A stretch of 64,000 bases of DNA from a virus: the IMG/VR virus record IMGVR_UViG_3300035698_010625, positions 41,619 to 105,618 of that record, one strand, 5' to 3'. A program made the position numbers and the translations under genes. Of this stretch, positions 9,442-15,845 are shown piece after piece (the stretch's first letter is position 1; the number at the start of each line of letters is the position of its first letter). The notes below the pieces were generated by a model. The model ran no database searches. It was not told the origin of the DNA and saw only the letters and a list, made by a program, of their open reading frames with translations.

Positions 9442-9600
9442 ATGAGTAAATGGGATTACCCCAAGACTAAGAAGAATTCTGATGGAGCAAAACTGACTGC
9501 TGCTGAATTACGCGCACAAAGAAAAGCTCATCGGAAAGCAATTAAAGCTACTGCTCATACTGAACTCAAGACGAAGAAAAATAAAGATCAAATTAAGTAA
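9442..9600 (+). CDS. Small Lys-rich protein
   Basis: AAGGAG RBS; MSKWDYPKTKK... Confidence 0.55.
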   Translation: MSKWDYPKTKKNSDGAKLTAAELRAQRKAHRKAIKATAHTELKTKKNKDQIK

Positions 9601-9605
9601 CAATT

Positions 9606-9682
9606 GGGTGCTTCGTATAACGGCACATTATGTCGGACTCTTAATCCGAACGATCTGGGTTCGAATCCCAGGGTACCCACCA
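9606..9682 (+). tRNA. tRNA-Lys(CTT)
   Basis: TCGGA-CT-CTT-AA-TCCGA, CCA. Confidence 0.92.
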
Positions 9683-9697
9683 AACAAAGGTATTATT

Positions 9698-9970
9698 ATG
9701 GAATTCACTGCTGAACTTGCTAAACAAATAGTTGAAGAAGATCATGATGATTGGGAACAAGTTAATGAAGAATCTTCTAATTCTTCCCGATGGCATACTC
9801 ATTACAGTGGTGTTTATAAAAATACATTAACTGGAAAATACTATGAATTTATTTGGCAGCGTGGTTCTACTGAATATCAAGATGAAGGTACAGAATTTTA
9901 CACTGACCCAATAGAAGCTGTAGAAGTTATTGAAAAATCAGTAACTGTAATGCGCTGGGTTGCTGTTTAG
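9698..9970 (+). CDS. Conserved phage hypothetical protein
   Basis: SRWHTHYSGVYK...G.TEYQD motif; true ATG lies after the tRNA. Confidence 0.7.
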   Translation: MEFTAELAKQIVEEDHDDWEQVNEESSNSSRWHTHYSGVYKNTLTGKYYEFIWQRGSTEYQDEGTEFYTDPIEAVEVIEKSVTVMRWVAV

Positions 9971-10065
9971 TTTGTACGCGGACGGTACTGCTTGGCAGTC
10001 CACTTGAATATCTTGTGGGTCACTGCACAGTCCGGGTTGAAGAACCTTAAACTTAACTAACAATT

Positions 10066-10141
10066 GCCGGTGAAGCAATCAGGGTATTGCAACTCGTTGT
10101 CTGCGAGAGATAGGAGGGTTCGAGTCCCTTCATCGGCGCCA
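10066..10141 (+). tRNA. tRNA-Asp(GTC)
   Basis: Loop TT-GTC-TG, G73, CCA. Confidence 0.85.
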
Positions 10142-10147
10142 ATTTTT

Positions 10148-10223
10148 GGGGGATTAGCTCATCTGGGAGAGCGTCTGTTTTGCAAGCAGAAGGTGATCGG
10201 TTCGAGTCCGATATCTTCCACCA
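10148..10223 (+). tRNA. tRNA-Ala(TGC)
   Basis: G3:U70 pair, TT-TGC-AA, CCA. Confidence 0.95.
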
Positions 10224-10258
10224 TTTTACTAGAAAGATTCATATACTTTCTAGACATT

Positions 10259-10336
10259 CGTTCGGTAGCTCAGCCTGGTTAGAGCACCCGTCTGATACGC
10301 GGTAGGTCGAAGGTTCAACTCCTTCTCGAACGACCA
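10259..10336 (+). tRNA. tRNA-Ile(GAT)
   Basis: CT-GAT-AC loop, canonical D and T arms, CCA. Confidence 0.88.
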
Positions 10337-10341
10337 ATTTA

Positions 10342-10446
10342 AAGAGCTTAGGTGTAGAAACGAGAATGCACCTTTAAGAAAACCTTGTTGCTGGGCTACC
10401 CGATAAATCATCTTCTCAGATGTATGCAACACAAACTTCAGCTCTT
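10342..10446 (+). ncRNA. Orphan structured RNA
   Basis: Closing stem AAGAGCT/AGCTCTT enclosing AGGTGTA/TGCACCT and branched TGTTGC/GCAACA stems. Confidence 0.5.
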
Positions 10447-10450
10447 CCTT

Positions 10451-10581
10451 TTGTACTGTCATGCGGGGTCGCCTCGGTGACGAAAGTGCTAGCGGGTACC
10501 GTCTTAGTAACGGTTTCACGAGGTGCAGGACCTCGGGGGTTTTCAGTTTCCACAATCGGGCTAGCTAAAACTGAAGTACAA
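10451..10581 (+). ncRNA. Orphan structured RNA with twin GCTAGC loops
   Basis: TTGTAC/GTACAA closing stem, long CGGGGTC-GCCTC-GTGA rod, TTCAGTTT/AAACTGAA hairpin. Confidence 0.55.
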
Positions 10582-10593
10582 TTTTATTACAAT

Positions 10594-10670
10594 GCTACGT
10601 TCGTCTAATGGACTAGGACTCTGGGTTTTCACTTCAGATAATATCGGTTCGAATCCGATACGTAGTACCA
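10594..10670 (+). tRNA. tRNA-Glu(TTC)
   Basis: Glu-type D arm TCGTCTAA...AGGAC, TT-TTC-AC, CCA. Confidence 0.9.
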
Positions 10671-10678
10671 ATTTCAAT

Positions 10679-10754
10679 TCCTAGTTAGTATTCTTGGTGA
10701 GCACGGGTGACTGTTAATCACTTCAGGTAGGTTCGAATCCTACACTAGGAGCCA
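10679..10754 (+). tRNA. tRNA-Asn(GTT)
   Basis: GGTGA-CT-GTT-AA-TCACT, G73, CCA. Confidence 0.92.
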
Positions 10755-10761
10755 AATCAAT

Positions 10762-10836
10762 GAGAGTTTAGTTCAAGTTAGAACATCTGGCGCAATAGTC
10801 AGAAGATGCTGGTATCGAATCCAGTCCCTTTCACCG
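10762..10836 (+). ncRNA. tRNA-like RNA with 8-nt non-canonical anticodon loop
   Basis: D arm GTTC/GAAC, TCTGG-CGCAATAG-TCAGA, T-like arm GCTGG/CCAGT; weak acceptor, ends ACCG. Confidence 0.6.
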
Positions 10837-10842
10837 AATAAT

Positions 10843-10928
10843 GGATGTGATGTACCGGTGGTGGTATAGCGGGCTGTAACCCCGTGGCTCTTATGGGCGA
10901 GTAGGTTCGACTCCTTCCACATCCACCA
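10843..10928 (+). tRNA. tRNA-Tyr(GTA)
   Basis: CT-GTA-AC, long variable arm, CCA. Confidence 0.9.
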
Positions 10929-11016
10929 ATTTCGTTGGCAGTAAGGTCACGCATTGAGATTGACCTCCTAGTAATAGGTACCTGATGGGTAAATTAAAAA
11001 GTGCGATTTCAAATTC

Positions 11017-11094
11017 CGGTGATTAGCTCAGCCTGGTTAGAGCTCTCCGTTTGGGGCGGAGTTGCCAGAGGTTCGAATCCTCTATCACCGACCA
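11017..11094 (+). tRNA. tRNA-Pro(TGG)
   Basis: CTCCG-TT-TGG-GG-CGGAG, C1-G72, CCA. Confidence 0.95.
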
Positions 11095-11187
11095 ATAACT
11101 AATTATCTAATGTGCTTGCCGGCATATGCGGATGATTGCACGAACTTCTATTGATAACAAGCGGTAACTTGTAATCATAAGATGAGT

Positions 11188-11251
11188 TAATTAGTAGTTT
11201 AACGGTAGATCGCCTGGCTGGAAGATGCGGGTTCGAATCCTGTCTAATTAC
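11188..11251 (+). ncRNA. tRNA-like RNA with vestigial anticodon arm
   Basis: TAATTAG/CTAATTA acceptor, D loop AACGGT, GCGGG-TTCGAAT-CCTGT; about 10 nt in place of the anticodon arm; no CCA. Confidence 0.55.
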
Positions 11252-11267
11252 TTTCGTGATTTACAAC

Positions 11268-11342
11268 AGTTCCTTAACTCAGAGGCAGAGTATCGCTTTT
11301 ACACAGCGAAGGTCGAGATTTCGAAATTCTCAGGAACTACCA
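11268..11342 (+). tRNA. tRNA-Val(TAC)
   Basis: TCGCT-TT-TAC-AC-AGCGA, CCA. Confidence 0.9.
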
Positions 11343-11409
11343 GTAACTAATCAACAGCTCGATGGGAGTCTTGCTATTTGATTGCACAGCGTCTTACTCC
11401 CATAAGATT

Positions 11410-11478
11410 TATTGATAGTGTAATGGATGCACACTGGGGTTTAAACCTGGAAGTACGGTTCGATTCCGTGATTAATAA
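11410..11478 (+). ncRNA. Degenerate tRNA-like RNA with TTA at the anticodon position
   Basis: TATTGAT/ATTAATA acceptor, GTGT/GCAC D arm, CTGGG-GTTTAAA-CCTGG, TTCGATT T loop; no CCA. Confidence 0.5.
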
Positions 11479-11530
11479 CTTGGGCTGTGATTTACAAATC
11501 GCTTGAGCAACTGCTCGCGTACAATACAAT

Positions 11531-11618
11531 GGGAGTGTGGTGGAATTGGTATACACATTGGTCTTAGAAACCAACGACTGTAATGGTCACGCAGGTTCGA
11601 CTCCTGTCACTCCTACCA
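11531..11618 (+). tRNA. tRNA-Leu(TAG)
   Basis: Leu D arm GGTGGAATTGGTATACAC, CT-TAG-AA, variable arm, CCA. Confidence 0.95.
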
Positions 11619-11624
11619 ATCAAT

Positions 11625-11692
11625 GTTCGATTAGCATAATGCAATGCGGCAAGTACTTGTAGAAGAAAGCTCGAATCTTTCATCGAACTCCA
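11625..11692 (+). ncRNA. Anticodon-less tRNA mimic (68 nt, CCA end)
   Basis: GTTCGAT/ATCGAAC acceptor, GCAT/ATGC D arm, GCAAG-TA-CTTGT, GAAAG-CTCGAAT-CTTTC, T-CCA. Confidence 0.75.
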
Positions 11693-11701
11693 AATTTAAA
11701 C

Positions 11702-11775
11702 GCTCAATTAGTTCAATGGTAGAACAACGGCCCGGTAAGTCGTTAACGTAAGTTCGATTCTTACATTGAGCACCA
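11702..11775 (+). tRNA. tRNA-Thr(GGT), C33 variant
   Basis: ACGGC-CC-GGT-AA-GTCGT, CCA. Confidence 0.85.
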
Positions 11776-11781
11776 ATTAAT

Positions 11782-11858
11782 GCCCGGTTCGTCTAAATAT
11801 TAGGACCTCTGCCATATTTGAGCAGAAAATAAAAGTGAGATTCTTTTACCGGACACCA
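11782..11858 (+). ncRNA. tRNA mimic with 9-nt anticodon loop
   Basis: Glu-like D arm, TCTGC-CATATTTGA-GCAGA, AAAAG-TGAGATT-CTTTT, A-CCA. Confidence 0.7.
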
Positions 11859-11864
11859 AACAAT

Positions 11865-11937
11865 GCCAAGGTCGTCTAATAATCTAAGACCCTCTCGTGA
11901 TAGAGAGAAATGAGGTGTAAATCCCCCCGAGGCACCA
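11865..11937 (+). ncRNA. tRNA mimic with 6-nt anticodon loop
   Basis: Glu-like D arm, CTCTC-GTGATA-GAGAG, acceptor GCCAAGG/CCGAGGC, A-CCA. Confidence 0.65.
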
Positions 11938-11943
11938 AACAAT

Positions 11944-12019
11944 GCTGGAGTCGTCTAACGGCTAGGACTTTACATTCTCAGTGTAAACAATGCGAGTTCG
12001 AATCTCGTCTCCAGTACCA
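11944..12019 (+). tRNA. tRNA-Glu(CTC)
   Basis: TTACA-TT-CTC-AG-TGTAA, CCA. Confidence 0.9.
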
Positions 12020-12024
12020 AATCT

Positions 12025-12111
12025 GGATTGATCCGCTGGGTAGGCCGGCAGCACGGTTTGAACCCGTGGGTGACCGAAAGGTTAGGGGTTCGACTCCTCA
12101 TCTCTCCGCCA
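12025..12111 (+). tRNA. tRNA-Ser(TGA)
   Basis: CACGG-TT-TGA-AC-CCGTG, GAAA-capped variable arm, G73, CCA; acceptor mismatches at pairs 4-5. Confidence 0.82.
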
Positions 12112-12118
12112 ATTTTAT

Positions 12119-12194
12119 CCTTCGCTCGTCTAATGTTAAGACACCAAACCGTGGAGGTTTGGGGATAGAGGTTTGATTCCTTTGCTTAGGACCA
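12119..12194 (+). ncRNA. tRNA mimic with extended anticodon stem
   Basis: CCAAACC-GTGGA-GGTTTGG arm, AGAGG-TTTGATT-CCTTT, acceptor CCTTCGC/GCTTAGG, A-CCA. Confidence 0.68.
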
Positions 12195-12202
12195 ATTTTA
12201 AT

Positions 12203-12253
12203 GACTACTTCCTATACGTAGGTTAATAACTGAAAAGTTAAGAGTGGTCACCA
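12203..12253 (+). ncRNA. 51-nt mini-tRNA-like RNA
   Basis: 7-bp GACTACT/AGTGGTC + A + CCA; two tetraloop hairpins CCTA-TACG-TAGG and TAACT-GAAA-AGTTA. Confidence 0.6.
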
Positions 12254-12347
12254 AGTTATCCCACACTCATCGAATGGTACGGTAAACGTTAAGAAACGTT
12301 TCGTGGGGAGTTTATCAGAAAGCCGTGACAGATAGACAACTAACAAT

Positions 12348-12421
12348 AGCTGCATAGCATAGTGGTAATGCGGGGGTCTTTGAAACCTCTCAGTAAGGTT
12401 CGATTCCTTATGCGGCTGCCA
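12348..12421 (+). tRNA. tRNA-Gln(TTG)
   Basis: GGGGT-CT-TTG-AA-ACCTC, G73, CCA. Confidence 0.92.
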
Positions 12422-12425
12422 ATTT

Positions 12426-12497
12426 TGATGTGGATATAATCTATCCCTTGTGCGGGTGCCCCTAGTAATAGGTCAAGGCAGCAAACTGCTCACATCA
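12426..12497 (+). ncRNA. Orphan four-way-junction RNA
   Basis: TGATGTG/CACATCA closing stem; arms GATA/TATC, CTTG/CAAG (containing CCTA-GTAA-TAGG) and GCAG-CAAA-CTGC. Confidence 0.45.
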
Positions 12498-12507
12498 GAT
12501 TTAATAT

Positions 12508-12594
12508 GGAAGATTAACTAGACAGGGTTCTAGAGCTGTTTGCTAAACAGATGGTACCGCAAGGTATGAGTTTCGAATACTCAATTTTCCGCCA
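12508..12594 (+). tRNA. tRNA-Ser(GCT)
   Basis: TT-GCT-AA loop, GCAA-capped variable arm, G73, CCA. Confidence 0.88.
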
Positions 12595-12623
12595 AACATA
12601 AAGAAAAATTAAGTATTAACAAT

Positions 12624-12698
12624 GGGACTCAGGTGTAACTGGGTGCACGGCGGACTTTTAATCCGTAAGGACAGGGTTCAAGCCCTGGGGTCCCACCA
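12624..12698 (+). tRNA. tRNA-Lys(TTT)
   Basis: GCGGA-CT-TTT-AA-TCCGT, CCA. Confidence 0.92.
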
Positions 12699-12785
12699 AA
12701 TGTAAATGGAAATGCTTCGGCATTGTAAAACTCACCGAAAGGTTTCCACCCAAGTGTGGATATAAAGAAGTTCCGATTAGTCAAT

Positions 12786-12859
12786 GCGTCTAAGTACAAG
12801 GTGTATCCTCGGGTTTCCAACCCGTAGTGAGTGGGTTTCGATTACCCCTAGTCGCTCCA
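12786..12859 (+). tRNA. tRNA-Gly(TCC)
   Basis: CGGG-TT-TCC-AA-CCCG, GCG acceptor, U73, CCA; irregular D and T arms. Confidence 0.75.
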
Positions 12860-12864
12860 ACAAT

Positions 12865-12937
12865 AGTTATCTAGCTCAACTGGCAGAGCACTAGCTTCAT
12901 ACGTTAGGGAATCTCGGTTCAAATCCGAGGGTAACTA
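12865..12937 (+). tRNA. tRNA-Met/Ile2(CAT), elongator type
   Basis: CTAGC-TT-CAT-AC-GTTAG; CCA not encoded (ends CAA). Confidence 0.85.
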
Positions 12938-12943
12938 CAATCT

Positions 12944-12951
12944 TATAAATA
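12944..12951 (+). promoter_or_regulatory. T4-type late promoter
   Basis: TATAAATA upstream of the ORF at 12978. Confidence 0.7.
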
Positions 12952-12977
12952 CTCTTTTAATAAACGAGTATCAGAAA

Positions 12978-13232
12978 ATGCAAACTTTTAAAAGTTTCAC
13001 CGAAGGAAATGTCGTTAAATTTCCTAAGAAGAAAAAACAAACCCACGATGAAATTACTGGATTGCCAATTGATTCACGTCTTCCAGATACCCCAGACGAA
13101 TGGATGGTTGTATCAAAGGATGAGAGTGTAGCATATAGCACTTCACCAACTCGTCAAGAAGCACAGAAAAAACTTAAGACGTATATGATGAAGACAGGTA
13201 AGAGAGATCTTAAAGTCATCAAATTTGGCTAA
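12978..13232 (+). CDS. Putative internal head protein (capsid-targeting-like leader)
   Basis: MQTFKSFTE N-terminus; late promoter upstream. Confidence 0.6.
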   Translation: MQTFKSFTEGNVVKFPKKKKQTHDEITGLPIDSRLPDTPDEWMVVSKDESVAYSTSPTRQEAQKKLKTYMMKTGKRDLKVIKFG

Positions 13233-13238
13233 GATAAT

Positions 13239-13270
13239 CCTCGCCAAGAAGGTCTAAACCATATATAATG
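13239..13270 (+). promoter_or_regulatory. Sigma70-type promoter, copy 1
   Basis: TCGCCA-N17-TATAAT; 30/32 identical to 19805-19836. Confidence 0.7.
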
Positions 13271-13280
13271 ATATAACAAA

Positions 13281-13352
13281 GCGGGTATAGCTCAGTGGTA
13301 GAGCGGAACGTTGCCAACGTCCAGGTCGAGAGTTCGAATCTCTCTACCCGCT
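13281..13352 (+). tRNA. tRNA-Gly(GCC)
   Basis: GCGGGTA acceptor, TT-GCC-AA, U73; CCA not encoded. Confidence 0.92.
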
Positions 13353-13562
13353 CTAATTTAGGATTATATGATGAATTTGGGACTAACAAGTGATTGTGAG
13401 GCAGAAGCATATTTTGATAGCGCTGATACTTACATCAAACAATACAACGCTACTTATATGTTTGAGAATAGTTCTGCGAGAGTCCGAACTATCATTGCTG
13501 AATATTTTGCTAATCTAGATAATAAAACTATTTGGCTTTGGAAAACTAAGAGTGATTGAATC

Positions 13563-13781
13563 ATGCGCCTTATCATTTCGCGGACTAACAATGACAGCAC
13601 TTTGGACTTCGAAGTTCATGATGCACGTTGGGTTACTTTTAGTGATAAAATGAAAGCATTTGCTTGGACTCGTCCGGGTAATAAGCTTGGAATTTACTTC
13701 TCCGAGGAATATGTCAATCGCCGCTTTGTGAACATCTTTTGCATTAGCGCGCTTGAGAACATGCACTGGCAGGTTAAGTGA
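13563..13781 (+). CDS. Hypothetical protein
   Basis: ORF in a small coding block within the tRNA array. Confidence 0.5.
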   Translation: MRLIISRTNNDSTLDFEVHDARWVTFSDKMKAFAWTRPGNKLGIYFSEEYVNRRFVNIFCISALENMHWQVK

Positions 13782-13791
13782 GGATTACATT

Positions 13792-13983
13792 ATGTGGATT
13801 CGATTTGAAGAGAAACAACCCAAACAAGATAAAGACCTTTATTACTTCTTCGATGTAGTAGGTGTTCACTCAGGGCGCTATTACGGCGGTGATACATTTC
13901 AAGGCCGAAGAGGTTTTCTCAATGGTGACGTTACTCATTGGCAATATGATAAAGGGCAGGGAAAACCTGCTGAACCAAAATGA
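13792..13983 (+). CDS. DUF551-like small protein
   Basis: MWIRFEEKQP...VTHW.....P motif. Confidence 0.6.
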   Translation: MWIRFEEKQPKQDKDLYYFFDVVGVHSGRYYGGDTFQGRRGFLNGDVTHWQYDKGQGKPAEPK

Positions 13984-13988
13984 ATAAT

Positions 13989-14065
13989 GCAAGAGTGGCT
14001 CGACTGGTGAAGGCCGGCGTCTTATATGCGTCTATATGTGGGTTCGAATCCCGCCTCTTGTACCA
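13989..14065 (+). tRNA. tRNA-Ile(TAT)
   Basis: GGCGT-CT-TAT-AT-GCGTC, A73, CCA. Confidence 0.88.
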
Positions 14066-14073
14066 AAATATTT

Positions 14074-14150
14074 CAGGGTATAAGTCAGTCTGGTAGACAC
14101 CCCGGTTTGGAACTGGGAAGCCGTTGGTTCGAATCCAACTACCCTGACCA
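14074..14150 (+). tRNA. tRNA-Pro(TGG), second copy with A37
   Basis: CCCGG-TT-TGG-AA-CTGGG, C1-G72, CCA. Confidence 0.9.
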
Positions 14151-14167
14151 TTTAAAGAGAGTACATT

Positions 14168-14428
14168 ATGCTTACATTCAATATTAAAGATTTCTTTTGT
14201 TGGCATAGTATTCAAAAAGAAGAGTCATTTGAAGCTTTTCATGCAAGAGCAGAAGCACTGCATGAAACTTATCAACATTGGACTCCTGTAAATGAAATTG
14301 AAAGAACAAATAGAGCAGTATGTTTTGTATCTTTTATTAACAATCACCCAAAAATCGTAAATCCATATACTGGTAAAACAAAAAAACAATTTTCTTTAAC
14401 GGAATATCCTATATCTACCTTGTCTTAA
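14168..14428 (+). CDS. Hypothetical protein
   Basis: ORF with a GAGAG RBS. Confidence 0.5.
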   Translation: MLTFNIKDFFCWHSIQKEESFEAFHARAEALHETYQHWTPVNEIERTNRAVCFVSFINNHPKIVNPYTGKTKKQFSLTEYPISTLS

Positions 14429-14451
14429 AGGTTGTATAATGATTATTCAAT

Positions 14452-14527
14452 ACACGGTAAGCAATTATGGTTAATGCGCTGGCTTGAAGTCCCAGATAAC
14501 TAAGTTCGATTCTTAGACCGTGTACCA
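14452..14527 (+). tRNA. tRNA-Phe(GAA)
   Basis: CTGG-C-TT-GAA-GT-C-CCAG, CCA. Confidence 0.83.
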
Positions 14528-14550
14528 ATTTATTATGGAGTGACTGTGAT

Positions 14551-15252
14551 ATGTTTGCTGATTTTTGCACTGATCATTTCTCGACGAGTAACAATGCACA
14601 TTACAGAAATCCGCGAACTGTTGACCAAAATGTAATTGCTAATGAGACAATGCTATTTAGCGCATCTCCAGAATTTGCTACTGCAAATGGTGGCCCACTT
14701 ACTGCTTACTTTCTCTCCAAGCTTTTTGATGGTGGATTTGAAAGCATTGATACTCGAGGAATGCATTGGGTCATTGATACTCGCTCGCACATGCTGATGC
14801 CAGGTCAATTTCCTTCTATTCCAGGTTGGCATTGTGATGCTTGGGAGCGAGATCCAAAGACACAACAACCACTTTTATGGCAGCACCCACATGGTACCGC
14901 TATGCATTTTGTAATGACACTTGGTACTAATGATGATGGTGTATCACTTACAAAATTCATACTTCCTTTTGGTGTGCCGATTCGTGTATCTTACGATCCA
15001 TCCAAAGTTTGGGGTTCTGTAAACGAATCAATTGAACACCAAATTGAAGATCTCGTTATATCACCAGATAGAATTATTAGTGCGCCTTCAGGGACACTCA
15101 TTTCGTTTGGACAAAACATATTACATACGGCTAGTGTAGCTACCAGTAAAGGCTGGCGCTTCTTTGCTCGTATAAGTTTAATGACAAATCCACCACTCAA
15201 CAAAATTCGAAAACAGGTACAAGTTTACGCTGATTCAAATGTTGGTTGGTAA
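14551..15252 (+). CDS. 2OG-Fe(II) oxygenase-like protein
   Basis: PGWHCD (HxD), distal LH and R.F.R motifs. Confidence 0.7.
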   Translation: MFADFCTDHFSTSNNAHYRNPRTVDQNVIANETMLFSASPEFATANGGPLTAYFLSKLFDGGFESIDTRGMHWVIDTRSHMLMPGQFPSIPGWHCDAWERDPKTQQPLLWQHPHGTAMHFVMTLGTNDDGVSLTKFILPFGVPIRVSYDPSKVWGSVNESIEHQIEDLVISPDRIISAPSGTLISFGQNILHTASVATSKGWRFFARISLMTNPPLNKIRKQVQVYADSNVGW

Positions 15253-15338
15253 ATGAATTAAGGGAAACGTTGGTTCGAGTCCAACTCCTGCGCTGGTGCA
15301 AAGGATCGTAATTGATGGCCAAGACACCCTTACGTTAC
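15249..15338 (+). ncRNA. Circularly permuted tRNA-like RNA (YrlA/Y-RNA-like architecture)
   Basis: Order T arm (GTTGG-TTCGAGT-CCAAC), loop-closed acceptor, D-like arm, all closed by TAAGGG/CCCTTA. Confidence 0.6.
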
Positions 15339-15341
15339 AAT

Positions 15342-15415
15342 GTTGATATGGCAGAATGGTTATGCCGTGGCTTGCAAACCCACTTACTCTGGTTCGATTC
15401 CGGATATCAACTCCA
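15342..15415 (+). tRNA. tRNA-Cys(GCA)
   Basis: TT-GCA-AA, U73, CCA. Confidence 0.92.
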
Positions 15416-15667
15416 AGATAAGGCTTTAGCCGCAGCAGAGTAGTCAGGCATGACATAAAAGGTCGAAATGAAAAAGTTTAGCCGGCTCGACCAGCTTTAT
15501 TTCTGAGTTCAAAGGTGGTCCTGAGCACGATGGATATGCACCAATTGTAAAAAATGTCTGTGATGGTGATTATACCGAATTCTCAGTTTGTTTGGAATGT
15601 GGTACTCTGAAAGGTACTTTCCCGGTTGATGATCCTGTTTGGAATGATGAAGAAGAAGATTAACAAT

Positions 15668-15737
15668 GCGCCGCGCTCTGGGTAAGCAGTATGGTTTCCA
15701 ATGCCTCGCGTGTGGAGTTCGATTCTCTGGCGGCGTG
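15668..15737 (+). ncRNA. Degenerate tRNA-Gly(TCC)-like RNA
   Basis: GCGCCGC/GCGGCGT acceptor, TGGAG-TTCGATT-CTCTG, TT-TCC-AA in a poorly paired arm; no CCA. Confidence 0.5.
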
Positions 15738-15762
15738 CACCTGTAATAGATTAAAGAATAAT

Positions 15763-15838
15763 AAGAGTATAGTATAATGGCTCATTACCCCGGGCTCTGA
15801 ACTCGGTAATCTAGGTTCGAATCCTAGTACTCTTGCCA
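15763..15838 (+). tRNA. tRNA-Gln(CTG)
   Basis: CCGGG-CT-CTG-AA-CTCGG, G73, CCA. Confidence 0.93.
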
Positions 15839-15845
15839 AATATAC

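Noticed and set aside
15469-15663. Intact gene ending DGYAP...CLECG...FP
   Set aside because: No in-frame start after the upstream stop; a truncated or frameshifted remnant, so not annotated
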